Below, one piece after another: positions 1 to 10,985 of a stretch of 50,662 bases of DNA. The first letter of the stretch is position 1. Each line of letters opens with the position of its first letter. A program made the position numbers and the translations under genes. The stretch is from NCBI RefSeq assembly GCF_001194135.2, contig NC_068985.1:71583825-71634486 (forward strand), read 5' to 3'. The notes beneath the pieces are model-generated. The model saw only the letters and a list, made by a program, of their open reading frames with translations. It was not told the DNA's origin and made no database searches. The DNA comes from Octopus bimaculoides (Eukaryota).

Positions 1-376
1 GCCATGTTGGGATACCACCTTGAAGGGTTTTTAGTTGAACAAATCAACACCAAGACTTATATTTTAAGCCTAGTACTTATTCTATTGATCTCTTTTGCCA
101 AACCACTAAGTTATGGGAACATAAGCACACCAACACCAGTTGTCAAGGAGTGATGGTGGGGACAGACACAATGGCACACACGCTCACACACACACACACA
201 CACACACATACATATATACAACGGGCTTCTTTCAGTTTCCATCCAATACATCACAAGGTTTTGGTCAGCCTGAGACTATAGCAGAAGATACTTATCCAAG
301 ATGCCACACGGTGGGACTGAACCTGGAAACATGTGGTTGGGAAGCAAGCGTCTTACCAGACAGCCATGCCTGCACC
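1..376 (-). mobile_element. tRNA-derived composite SINE (family A), 3' end cut by the window edge
   Basis: Reverse complement of the 13892-14299 element: tRNA-like head near 300-376, internal (CA)n/(TA)n, 3' module at 1-165. Confidence 0.85.
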
Positions 377-1682
377 TATTTCTGTTCTTGAATTTTGTAC
401 ACCACTTTGCTAAAACCTGGCACTTTTCAGTAATAGTATATTATGCTTATATTCATGGATAGCTGTAACACTTTTGTTGTAGTAACCCTGTGAGTGACAA
501 CAAGCCAATTTACATTCAGTCCACATGCACAAGTATATAAATCATACTCCATGTTGATACAGTTTAAACATGTTTCATTTTTTGGCGTTTTCTTAGGGGT
601 TTCTTTATTTTTGCTTCTGCCAGAACCCTCACAAATTTTTCTGACAACAAAAACTCTCTCACAGATTTACATGCTATTCAGCTTATTCAATAATTGTAGC
701 TTAAAACCAGTCTCATAATCGATCTTTTGCCTTTCGTGCTGTTCATGTTATAGCTATTTTGTTGACTTTTTTTCCTATCAGAAATGCAATTATATGACTA
801 ATACAAATGTATATATATATATATATGTATGTATGTATGTATGTACATGTGTGTGTGTGTTTTGTCAGAAATGCAGAAAATATATTTGATATTTATATAT
901 CTTTTTATATATATATATATATACATATATNNNNNNNNNNNNNNNNNNNNNNNNNNNNNNNNNNNNNNNNNNNNNNNNNNNNNNNNNNNNNNNNNNNNNN
1001 NNNNNNNNNNNNNNNNNNNNNNNNNNNNNNNNNNNNNNNNNNNNNNNNNNNNNNNNNNNNNNNNNNNNNNNNNNNNNNNNNNNNNNNNNNNNNNNNNNNN
1101 NNNNNNNNNNNNNNNNNNNNNNNNNNNNNNNNNNNNNNNNNNNNNNNNNNNNNNNNNNNNNNNNNNNNNNNNNNNNNNNNNNNNNNNNNNNNNNNNNNNN
1201 NNNNNNNNNNNNNNNNNNNNNNNNNNNNNNNNNNNNNNNNNNNNNNNNNNNNNNNNNNNNNNNNNNNNNNNNNNNNNNNNNNNNNNNNNNNNNNNNNNNN
1301 NNNNNNNNNNNNNNNNNNNNNNNNNNNNNNNNNNTATATATGTTTCAGTGAGTTAATCTCATATCCTCAATACTTCAATACAAATATTTAGTTGTAGTAT
1401 GACTGTTCTATACCTTTAATCATGCAATATACACATAAACAAGACTGTATCATAACTATCTAGATCTTTCACATTCTCTTATTTCATAATCTATATTTTT
1501 TATTCTTTCTATTTTTTTCTTTTCTGTCTTTTGAATGTTTTTTTTATTTTTTTTATCTTTTGATCTCTATTCCATTCTCTGCTCAAACTGACCACCTTAC
1601 CTAGCCAACCTTCCCTCTATCTTTCTATATGTTTGATTGACAGTATGTACAATGATTTGATATTACTACTTTTGTGCATGTT

Positions 1683-1769
<87 letters not shown>

Positions 1770-2424
1770 GTGTTTGCATCTCCTTGTCTTAACATCATGT
1801 GATAGTGTCACTATCACGGAAGCAGTGTTCTTCATTTCCAGTCTACTATGGAAACATGTATAGCCATAGAGGAAATATTAGTTTTCTAGAAAACAGGTGG
1901 GAGAGTGGAACAAGAAATGCATCCTGTGATAGAAAATTTGCCTCAACAAATTCCATCTGACCAACGCAAGCATAGCAAAATGAACTTTAAAATGATGATA
2001 ATGATGATATATGTATATCATAATGATGGTATACATATATTAGCTATATATACATATATATGTGAATAGTAATATAAACTGAATGTGTGTGTGTGTGTGG
2101 ATCTGGTTTATAGTACTATATGTGTATATAGCTATATATATATTGTCCTTTTAGTTTCCTTTATCATGCTTGCATAGACCAGAGAGAATTTGTTGAAGCA
2201 AATTTTCTGTGGCTGTCACCAATTCTCACTTGTTTTAACTATTCTCCATTGTTGGACATATATATGTATACAATATTTACAAATACACACACACACATAT
2301 ATATATATATATACATACATATTTACGTATATACATTGATAATATGTGTGTGTGTATATCATGTATGTGTATATACATGCATACACACATATATACATCT
2401 ATATGTCTATCTCTCCTTTTCTCT

Positions 2425-2465
<41 letters not shown>

Positions 2466-2838
2466 CACGCCTACACAAATATGCATGTGCACATACAAAC
2501 GTATAGTCCACTTTAAAGAAAGACCTTCTCTGTATCCCAGTATGGCTAGAAAAGAGCCTTACATATATCGTAATATACAAACCAATTTTAAACAATTGTA
2601 TTACATGTGTGTGTGTGTGTGTTTATTCTCTATATAAATACACACATGCATATATATATATANNNNNNNNNNNNNNNNNNNNNNNNNNNNNNNNNNNNNN
2701 NNNNNNNNNNNNNNNNNNNNNNNNNNNNNNNNNNNNNNNNNNNNNNNNNNNNNNNNNNNNNNNNNNNNNNNNNNNNNNNNNNNNNNATATATATATGTAT
2801 GTATGTATGTATTTGTGTCTATATATATATATCAACAG

Positions 2839-2878
2839 CACTAATGTGTTTTCTTTCTTTTTTCTTTTGTAGGTAAGT
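2839..2878 (+). promoter_or_regulatory. Candidate recursive splice site (ratchet point): 3' splice site directly followed by a 5' splice site
   Basis: CACTAAT branch point (2839-2845), 20 uninterrupted pyrimidines (2849-2868), no AG between branch point and acceptor, AG at 2871-2872, GTAAGT at 2873-2878. Confidence 0.6.
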
Positions 2879-3564
2879 GTCTTCACATCCTTTATGTCCA
2901 GCATCTCCATCATCATCATTATCTATAACATAATCTCTTTCAACCAAAGGTGCCAAATTTGCACTAAGAATCCAGTAAATATTACACATTTTTTCTGTCA
3001 TTTTCTGCTTTTCTCAATTCCCTTTGACTTTGTAATAATTTAATTATTATTTATTTTTGTTTTGCTTTGATTTTCAATTAACTATACTTTTTTTCCACCC
3101 AGAACAAACACTCATTTCCATATGAAGCAAAGGAAAAGAAAAGCATCCTTTTAACCCCATGGTATTTCAGTTATAAATAACCCGTTTGATACTATTATAT
3201 CTCCTCTATGAAATGAATAGATAAATAAATATAAATAAATACTACGACTAAAAGAAAGATTTTTTAAAAAATACTGAAATAAAGAGGAAGCTACTTTCAT
3301 CTTGTTAAGAAAGGATTTATTCAGTGCAAACCAAAACTATTGAATTTTTAGGTGGATAGCTAAATAGGCAAATGGATTGAAAATAGAGACAAACAGACAC
3401 AAACTAAAAGAATGGGTGCTTCCCCTTTTTTCCTATAGAAAGAAAAGTCTCTTTCATTTATGTTCTGAATTTAATTTTCCTCCTTCTGCAATGAATAAAA
3501 TAAAGTAGAAGTAGCATGCATGGACCTACACACAAATACACATTCATATTTTAATAATAATGGC

Positions 3565-3755
3565 TTTCAATTCGGGCACAAGGCCAGCAATTTTATGAGG
3601 TGCTCGTTTAGTTATTTTATATCAACCACAGCACTAAGCTGTTACTTAACTTCATCAACCCTGAAAGGATGAAATGCAAAGTTGACTTCAGCAGGAATTG
3701 AACTGAAACCATAAAGCTTCAGAACAAATACCATTTGGCCTTTTGTCTGACTCTC

Positions 3756-3814
<59 letters not shown>

Positions 3815-4027
3815 CCTTTCTACTATTGGTACAAGACCTGAAATTTTGCGGGAGGAGCCAGTCGATTAGATCGACCCTGGTATGCAACTAGTACTTAATT
3901 TATTGACCCCAAAAGTATGAAAGGCAAAGTTGACTTCGGCGGAATTTAAACTCGGAATATAAAGGCAGACGAAATACCGCTAAGCATTTCGCCTGGCATG
4001 CTAATGATTCTGCCAGCTCGTCACCTT
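3565..4027 (-). mobile_element. Two tandem family C SINEs (about 3565-3760 and 3815-4027) in (TAA)n
   Basis: Both carry the reverse motif GAAAG..TGAAA.GCAAAGTTGACTTC.GC.GAATT. The 3815-4027 copy has (TAA)n on both sides. Confidence 0.85.
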
Positions 4028-4649
4028 AATAATAATAATAATAATGTTTTCTTTATTAACTCCTAATGGTCTACAAAAAACCATGGGGAACAGTACAAGG
4101 CAATACAATGAGGGTTTAATCTTAGTGGAATTAGAACTCAGAATGTAAAGAGCAAGAAGAAATTAATAATACTTTTATCGATAATCAGGTTTTCTTTGAT
4201 AATATCAATAATCATAAGTTTATTTTGGCATAGCTGATTTTTGTGATTTAAATTTTATATGGTGAAATCATAGAAAACAATTTTCCATTTTATTTATTTC
4301 CTGGGGGAAAAAAAATACTGGCATGATTCCTTTCTGGTTTTCTCCTCTCTTCAAATTCTCAGATTCTTCTTTTAAAAACAGACCACAAACATATATTCCT
4401 TCATTCACACTTTCATTCATACAAACATGATGAGATAATAATTGCTTCTTTGTGTCAGATGTTTGCAATCTCATAAAGAAATATTTGTACATTATTGCGT
4501 AGAGTGACATAAAACTTAAACGACATGTAAGTGATTTCTTTAGTGTCCATAGTGAAATAACTAGTGACAAGTAAAAGCAAAATGACTGATAACTATTTCA
4601 GCAATAACTTTTATATGAGTGCGTGTGTGTCTGTGTGTGTGTGTGTGTG

Positions 4650-4836
4650 TTGTATATATGTTCTCTTACTCTTTCTAATTTTAGAGTAAATTTTGAACAA
4701 CTGTCTACTTTGTAGCAAGGTTGTGTGTGTGTGTGTGTGTGTTGTATATATGTTTTCTTACTCTTTTTATGTTCTCTTACTCTTTTTAATCTTACAGTAA
4801 ATTTTGAGCAATTGTCTACTTGGTAGCAAGGTTGTG
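4650..4836. repeat. Local tandem duplication of an about 75 bp unit separated by (TG)n
   Basis: TTGTATATATGTT..CTTACTCTTT...GTAAATTTTGA.CAA.TGTCTACTT.GTAGCAAGGTTGTG at 4650-4725 and 4742-4836. The second copy has an extra internal duplication of about 19 bp. Confidence 0.85.
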
Positions 4837-5166
4837 AAGGAAAGTATCTTCTTTTAACCATCATCCTTTAAATCTTAAGAAGGTCTTGCAGATTTTTATG
4901 GTCCCAGGTATCATGATCATTTGTAGCATATCAGTTAAGGATTTGCATTCTCTCCTCAAGATGCATGCATGAATGTTTGTGTGTATCTGTATACATGTGT
5001 GTTTTCCCACCATCTATTGTTACATAGGTCATCTTATATAGTGAGAAGGTTGGTGTTAGATGTGGCAGCAACAAAATGGCTGGAAAGACAATCAAGATCT
5101 GCCAGGAAAGTACTGAAAGACCCCATGTAGGAAACGTATTATACATATATCAAACATCACCACCAT

Positions 5167-5394
5167 TTAAATGCTTTAGCATTCAGATTAATCTGTCAAA
5201 TTTAATGCTTATTTATTCCTGTTGTTTCAAATTAATCCTGCAATATCTCATAACTCAGAGATTTCAATGATATGATTGTTTATTTCAGAATAACATTGTA
5301 GGATAGGTATGAGAGGACAGATCTGGCCTGTTTGAACAGGAAACAGGTTGAATAATTAGACCTGATATGGCTGGTTTAAAAACTAAAGGTTTAA
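5167..5394 (+). mobile_element. piggyBac-type MITE (family P1), degraded
   Basis: Homologous to 41685-41905 (CTTTAGCATTCAGATTA.TCTGTCAAAT ... GATATGG.TGGTTTAAA..CTAAAGG), with TTAA at both ends. Confidence 0.65.
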
Positions 5395-5404
5395 TGTCAG
5401 TTGT

Positions 5405-5680
5405 GACATGTCTACACAGATGAATGGGCTTTCTCCAATGCTGTGCATCTCTATTCATCATGATTCTTTGTCAAGTTCAGCTTCTTGAGACTAGTCTTCA
5501 CTACTATGACTCATCTTCCACAGTTTCCATTTTCTTTGAGCACTCAGCATCTGTAAATAGCTGACATTCTCCATGTATATTACATATCCATACTAGTGTG
5601 GTCCTCCTTATTGCAAACTATGTCTGATTCCTGAGTTTTTATTTCAACTCCATCATTATACTCTATCATTCATATGCGTC
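5405..5680 (-). mobile_element. Decayed LINE ORF2 3' fragment (RTE-like)
   Basis: Minus strand gives broken remnants such as ENGNCGR and KKLNLTK that resemble the C-terminus of RTE-type LINE ORF2; stops and frameshifts throughout. Confidence 0.4.
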
Positions 5681-7415
5681 AAGTGAGGAAATTTCATTTT
5701 ATTCTTTTCAAGCCTTCAGAAATCTTATATATATATATATATATACATANNNNNNNNNNNNNNNNNNNNNNNNNNNNNNNNNNNNNNNNNNNNNNNNNNN
5801 NNNNNNNNNNNNNNNNNNNNNNNNNNNNNNNNNNNNNNNNNNNNNNNNNNNNNNNNNNNNNNNNNNNNNNNNNNNNNNNNNNNNNNNNNNNNNNNNNNNN
5901 NNNNNNNNNNNNNNNNNNNNNNNNNNNNNNNNNNNNNNNNNNNNNNNNNNNNNNNNNNNNNNNNNNNNNNNNNNNNNNNNNNNNNNNNNNNNNNNNNNNN
6001 NNNNNNNNNNNNNNNNNNNNNNNNNNNNNNNNNNNNNNNNNNNNNNNNNNNNNNNNNNNNNNNNNNNNNNNNNNNNNNNNNNNNNNNNNNNNNNNNNNNN
6101 NNNNNNNNNNNNNNNNNNNNNNNNNNNNNNNNNNNNNNNNNNNNNNNNNNNNNNNNNNNNNNNNNNNNNNNNNNNNNNNNNNNNNNNNNNNNNNNNNNNN
6201 NNNNNNNNNNNNNNNNNNNNNNNNNNNNNNNNNNNNNNNNNNNNNNNNNNNNNNNNNNNNNNNNNNNNNNNNNNNNNNNNNNNNNNNNNNNNNNNNNNNN
6301 NNNNNNNNNNNNNNNNNNNNNNNNNNNNNNNNNNNNNNNNNNNNNNNNNNNNNNNNNNNNNNNNNNNNNNNNNNNNNNNNNNNNNNNNNNNNNNNNNNNN
6401 NNNNNNNNNNNNNNNNNNNNNNNNNNNNNNNNNNNNNNNNNNNNNNNNNNNNNNNNNNNNNNNNNNNNNNNNNNNNNNNNNNNNNNNNNNNNNNNNNNNN
6501 NNNNNNNNNNNNNNNNNNNNNNNNNNNNNNNNNNNNNNNNNNNNNNNNNNNNNNNNNNNNNNNNNNNNNNNNNNNNNNNNNNNNNNNNNNNNNNNNNNNN
6601 NNNNNNNNNNNNNNNNNNNNNNNNNNNNNNNNNNNNNNNNNNNNNNNNNNNNNNNNNNNNNNNNNNNNNNNNNNNNNNNNNNNNNNNNNNNCACTTGTAT
6701 AGTAGATGTATATAGGATGAATGAAGCAAAGGAGACATAAATTCTGCAAGCTTCTTCATCAAAGGAAATCTGTCTAGTTGAATAGTTATTCTGAATAAAA
6801 ACACTGATACAGGGATGATAGTACCTTTTAGTCTACTGCAGACATCCTCTCTCATGCCACTGGCATGATAAGATGCACCCAATTCACACTGTAAAGTGTT
6901 GGTGGTGGAGAAGGCATTCAGCCATAAAAGACCATGCCAAAAATATACAACATATACGACAAAGATAAGATTGACCAGTCTCTTATTGTGTACATTTGAT
7001 GGTGAAGGACGGCGACAAATGACGAGACCCCGAGACACATCCAACTAAAAACTAGCATAGGAAAACGAGTCACTCTTCATAAAAATTAAGCCTTCACCAC
7101 TTGTTGATTTAATTCAATACATACATACATACATATATTATACGTGTATATGCAGACACACACACACACACACACAATGCACACACTGTTGGCTCATGTA
7201 TCTGTGTATAACAAATGCATGAGAATGAGCAAAATTGATGTGTTCATATTCAATAGTTAAGCGCAGCCAATTTGTGGCAGTATTCCAGCATGATTAGAAC
7301 CACAATGTTTGTTTCCTCTTTTTCTGTTTTTTTTTGGGGGGGGGGGGGGNNNNNNNNNNNNNNNNNNNNNNNNNNNNNNNNNNNNNNNNNNNNNNNNNNN
7401 NNNNNNNNNNNNNNN

Positions 7416-7457
<42 letters not shown>

Positions 7458-9247
7458 TACATACATGTGTGTGCAGGTGTGTATGTATTTGTAAAGAATA
7501 TATACACATCATATCACTTGGTTACGCATGGTGCGTGTCTTGGCTGCTAAAAATCTGCAAATATTTTTCATCTCTTGATTTGAAAAACGATACCATTTCT
7601 TCTGAGAGCTGAGATTATCTTCACCTAAAGCTTAAAATTCCTAAACTGAAGGTAGGTTGATCAGGTAACGAAGGATTAGGCACATACACACACCAGCACA
7701 ACCATCTCTCTCTCTCTCTCTCTTCATTCGTGTCCTTCTTTATCTTCCATCACCAATCTCTAATGCACTCCAGTCTTTCTCATCTCTCTCTCTCTCTATT
7801 TCTCTCTCCTAACCTGATAGGGGGATTACAATGGAAGTTTTATTTGTAGCAATTCCAGTACTATTAAACCGAAGAACTTGGCAGTAGCCTCAAGTAGATG
7901 GAAATGGTGTTGTAGAGGTACAGGTTGATGTTGTCAGCTAGTAGCCAAGCATCGACTTTATATAATGCCAGCAGATTAAGTGGCTAGATGCCATCTTATA
8001 ACTGCCACTAAACTGAATTTTACTAAATTTGGCATACAGCCAAGAATTGGCATGAATTTTTCTATTATTATTAGGCATAATAAGTTTATTCATCTGTATG
8101 TTTCTTTTTTCTGAAATGCATTTGCATTCACAAATAATCATATCTTCCTTGCATTCTTTATTTTCATTGTTTTTTTTTTTTATTTTTGTCATTGTTTGCT
8201 TTTATTTTTCTGACTTTTTTCTTTTAATTTGATTCTTTGCTCCAACTCTTCCCTCTCTTATCTCCTCCTCCTCCTCTAACTCTCCCATAATGATTAATAC
8301 ATGAGTTTTAAGGTCTTTCGGTGTTGCTTATATCAATGTCTGGAATGAGATAACAGTGTTTATTAATCTAATAATTTAAGCCCTAACTCTGTATATCACT
8401 GGCATGTTACCCTCTCCAACCATTTTTCTTTAAATAAGTCTGTAGGAAGATAGAAGAACAGCAAATATAATATCTGCAGGACTATCTCGACTGCTGTATC
8501 AATATCATTGATGCTCTGCTTGAAATTCTACATGTTGTTTTTGTTGTTGTAGTCATTGTATAGTCCCTGATCAACACTGAATGAACAGATGTATAATCAA
8601 TCGCATTCCATTCATGACCAGCCTGTGCCTTTATAACTCAGAGATTACATGTCCTTCTTTTCTTTGACATTGTAGGATGTCATTTCAAGGAGATCTGGTC
8701 ATCATTTCTAGCATGCTGAGTGACCACATGAAGGCTCTTTTATTGTGATATATTCAATATTTTGTTATTAATGATGTTTGTAATGATGTTATTGTTATTT
8801 ATCCTAAGATCAAAACTACCTGAGCAAACCAGTTGAGCGACCATGCAATGAAACCCTTGTTGGTTAATAACATGGACCATTGTTGAAAGAGATAAAAGTG
8901 TCTCCCTACATGCTTAATCTACATTTGAAGTCTCCAAACTGTTTAGAGTTCCTACAAGTTCAAACTGCTAGAAATACCAACCAAAATATCCCATCAAACC
9001 AGGCCTTACCATCTAAAAAAATTTGAAGATATGCTATTTGAAAATTTGATAGGATAATCATTGCTGCAATGTTTTGTGCAGAGCTGACCTGGGGCTAAAC
9101 TTTAATTACAACATTTGAGGTCTTAAGTGAAGCAGGGTTATGTGTATCACACATAACACCCTAGCAAAAGATAACATGCTGCTTGAAACAATGAATTTAC
9201 TAGAGTTCTAAAACCATATTGCATGTCAAGAAATAAAGTTTAGACTA

Positions 9248-9452
9248 TGAGTGGGTGCTAAAAAGATCCTGGCTTTAAACGCATTGTAAAAGGCCTAGTT
9301 GGAGGCCCAAGTTCTTTTCCAGGGCTTAGAAAAACTGAAGGATCGCTGCAATAAGTGTGTAAATCTGAGAAGAGAGTATGTTGAATAAAATCATAACTGA
9401 TCCTCCAGTATTTTCTTTTACCCAAACCCAGTAACTTTTCAGTACCCCCTCA
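9248..9452 (+). mobile_element. Mariner internal-deletion derivative (MITE), 205 bp
   Basis: TA at 9246-9247 and 9453-9454. Ends including TA match at 24 of 30 positions (TATGAGTGGGTGCTAAAAAGATCCTGGCTT vs TATGAGGGGGTACTGAAAAGTTACTGGGTT). Interior encodes GLEKLKDRCNKCVNLRREYVE*, a mariner transposase C-terminus. Confidence 0.85.
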
Positions 9453-9611
9453 TATATTGTACTCTATATTTTTTATCCCCCAACTTGTTTTAAGACATTC
9501 ACATGATGAAAATGAAGTTAAGTTGGCAGAGAAATTCTTCTGGTCATGCTCTTGAAAAACAAAGGCACAATTTCCCAAACTTCTAGTTTCTTGTATTTAT
9601 TCTTCATTCGT

Positions 9612-9765
9612 TTAACCCTTAAGCTTTTAAACTGGCAATATCCAGCCCAAATATCCTACCTGTTTTATATTCAAACCAGCCAGATCTGACTTCTCACACA
9701 TAACCTACAATGTTGTTCTAAAATGAAACAATCGCATCATTGAAATCTCAAAGTTATGAGATAAT
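9612..9765 (-). mobile_element. piggyBac-type MITE (family P1), partial, ending at a SINE
   Basis: Starts TTAACCCTTAAGCTTTTAAACTGGCAATATCCAGCCCAAATATCCTACCTGTTTTATATTCAAAC, the reverse complement of the P1 right end. Confidence 0.55.
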
Positions 9766-9770
9766 ACATA

Positions 9771-10167
9771 CTCTTTGACTCTTTTACTTGTTGCAGTCAT
9801 TTGACTGCGGCCATGCTGGAGCACCGCCTTTAGTCGAGAAAATCGACCCCAGGACTTATTCTTTGTAAGCCTGGTACTTATTCTATTGGTCTCTTTTTGC
9901 TGAACCGCTAAGTTACGGGGACATAAACACACCAGTATCAGTTGTCAAGTGATGGTGGGGGCAACAAATACAGGCACACAAACACACATACATATACATA
10001 TATACACCGGGCTTCTTTCGGTTTCCGTCTACCAAATCCACTCACAAGGCTTTGGTTGGCCCAAGGCTATAGTAGAAGACACTTGCCCAAGGTGCCACGC
10101 AGTGGGACTGAACCCGGAACCATGTGGTTGGTAAGAAAGCTACTTACCACACAGCCACTCCTGTGCC
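9771..10167 (-). mobile_element. Full-length composite SINE (family A)
   Basis: Reverse complement of 13892-14299 with head, internal CA/TA microsatellite, 3' module and (GTAAAAGA)-type tail. Confidence 0.9.
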
Positions 10168-10284
10168 TATATGGTTAATTAAAAACAAGACTCCTGGCAG
10201 TTTGCTGTGCTTGAAAAGACAGGTCAAGCTAAGCAAAAGCATGGCTGTCCTTGCATACAGGCTTGTCCCCTGCAACCTTCCCCA

Positions 10285-10525
10285 GTTGAGCATCCCTAAT
10301 CTTGTGGGCTCATAGTTGCTGGTGTCACATAAACGCACCCATGCCAGTGCTGTGTAAAAGCACCCAGTACACTTTGTAAAGTGGTTGGTGTTAGGAAGGG
10401 CATCCAGCCATAGAACTATGCCAAAACTACATGGATCCTGGACGACTCTTCAGCTGACCAGCTCCTGTCAAAGCCTCCAGCCCATGCCAGCATGGAAAAC
10501 AGACGTTAAATGACAACGATGATGT
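10285..10525 (+). mobile_element. SINE family D ((GAT)n-tailed)
   Basis: GTGGTTGGTGTTAGGAAGGGCATCCAGCC...CCCATGCCAGCATGGAAAACAGACGTTAAATGAC..GATGAT. Confidence 0.8.
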
Positions 10526-10948
10526 TAATAAATAGGCATTACATTTAATAGAATAATCTGAATGCAAAAGAGTTAATGTCTATAAATCTATGCCAGAATG
10601 GATTTGAATCAGGAGTTATTTAAAGGAGTATTTTATGGCTGGATGCACTTCTTGTTGCCAACCCTTACCTGTTTTCAAAAGGGATTTCTTTTTTATTGCA
10701 GAGGTCTTTGTTGATGCAATGCGACAAGTCATAATGACAGTAAAGAATGTCAACATGACAATTGCTTCTTCACTTGGCTAGTGTCAAGCATGAAACATCA
10801 ACATTCATGCATATTCCTGCATGCACACACACAAACACACACGCACACACACACGCACACACACACACACACACACGCACACACGCACACACACACATGT
10901 ATACAACAAGATTCTTGCAGTTTCTGACTACAAAACTACACAAATACA

Positions 10949-10985
<37 letters not shown>

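Noticed and set aside
7801-7923. Candidate 97 nt exon GDYNGSFICSNSS...
   Set aside because: The pyrimidine tract is a (CT)n microsatellite, the branch motif is too close to the AG, and the peptide is unrecognised.
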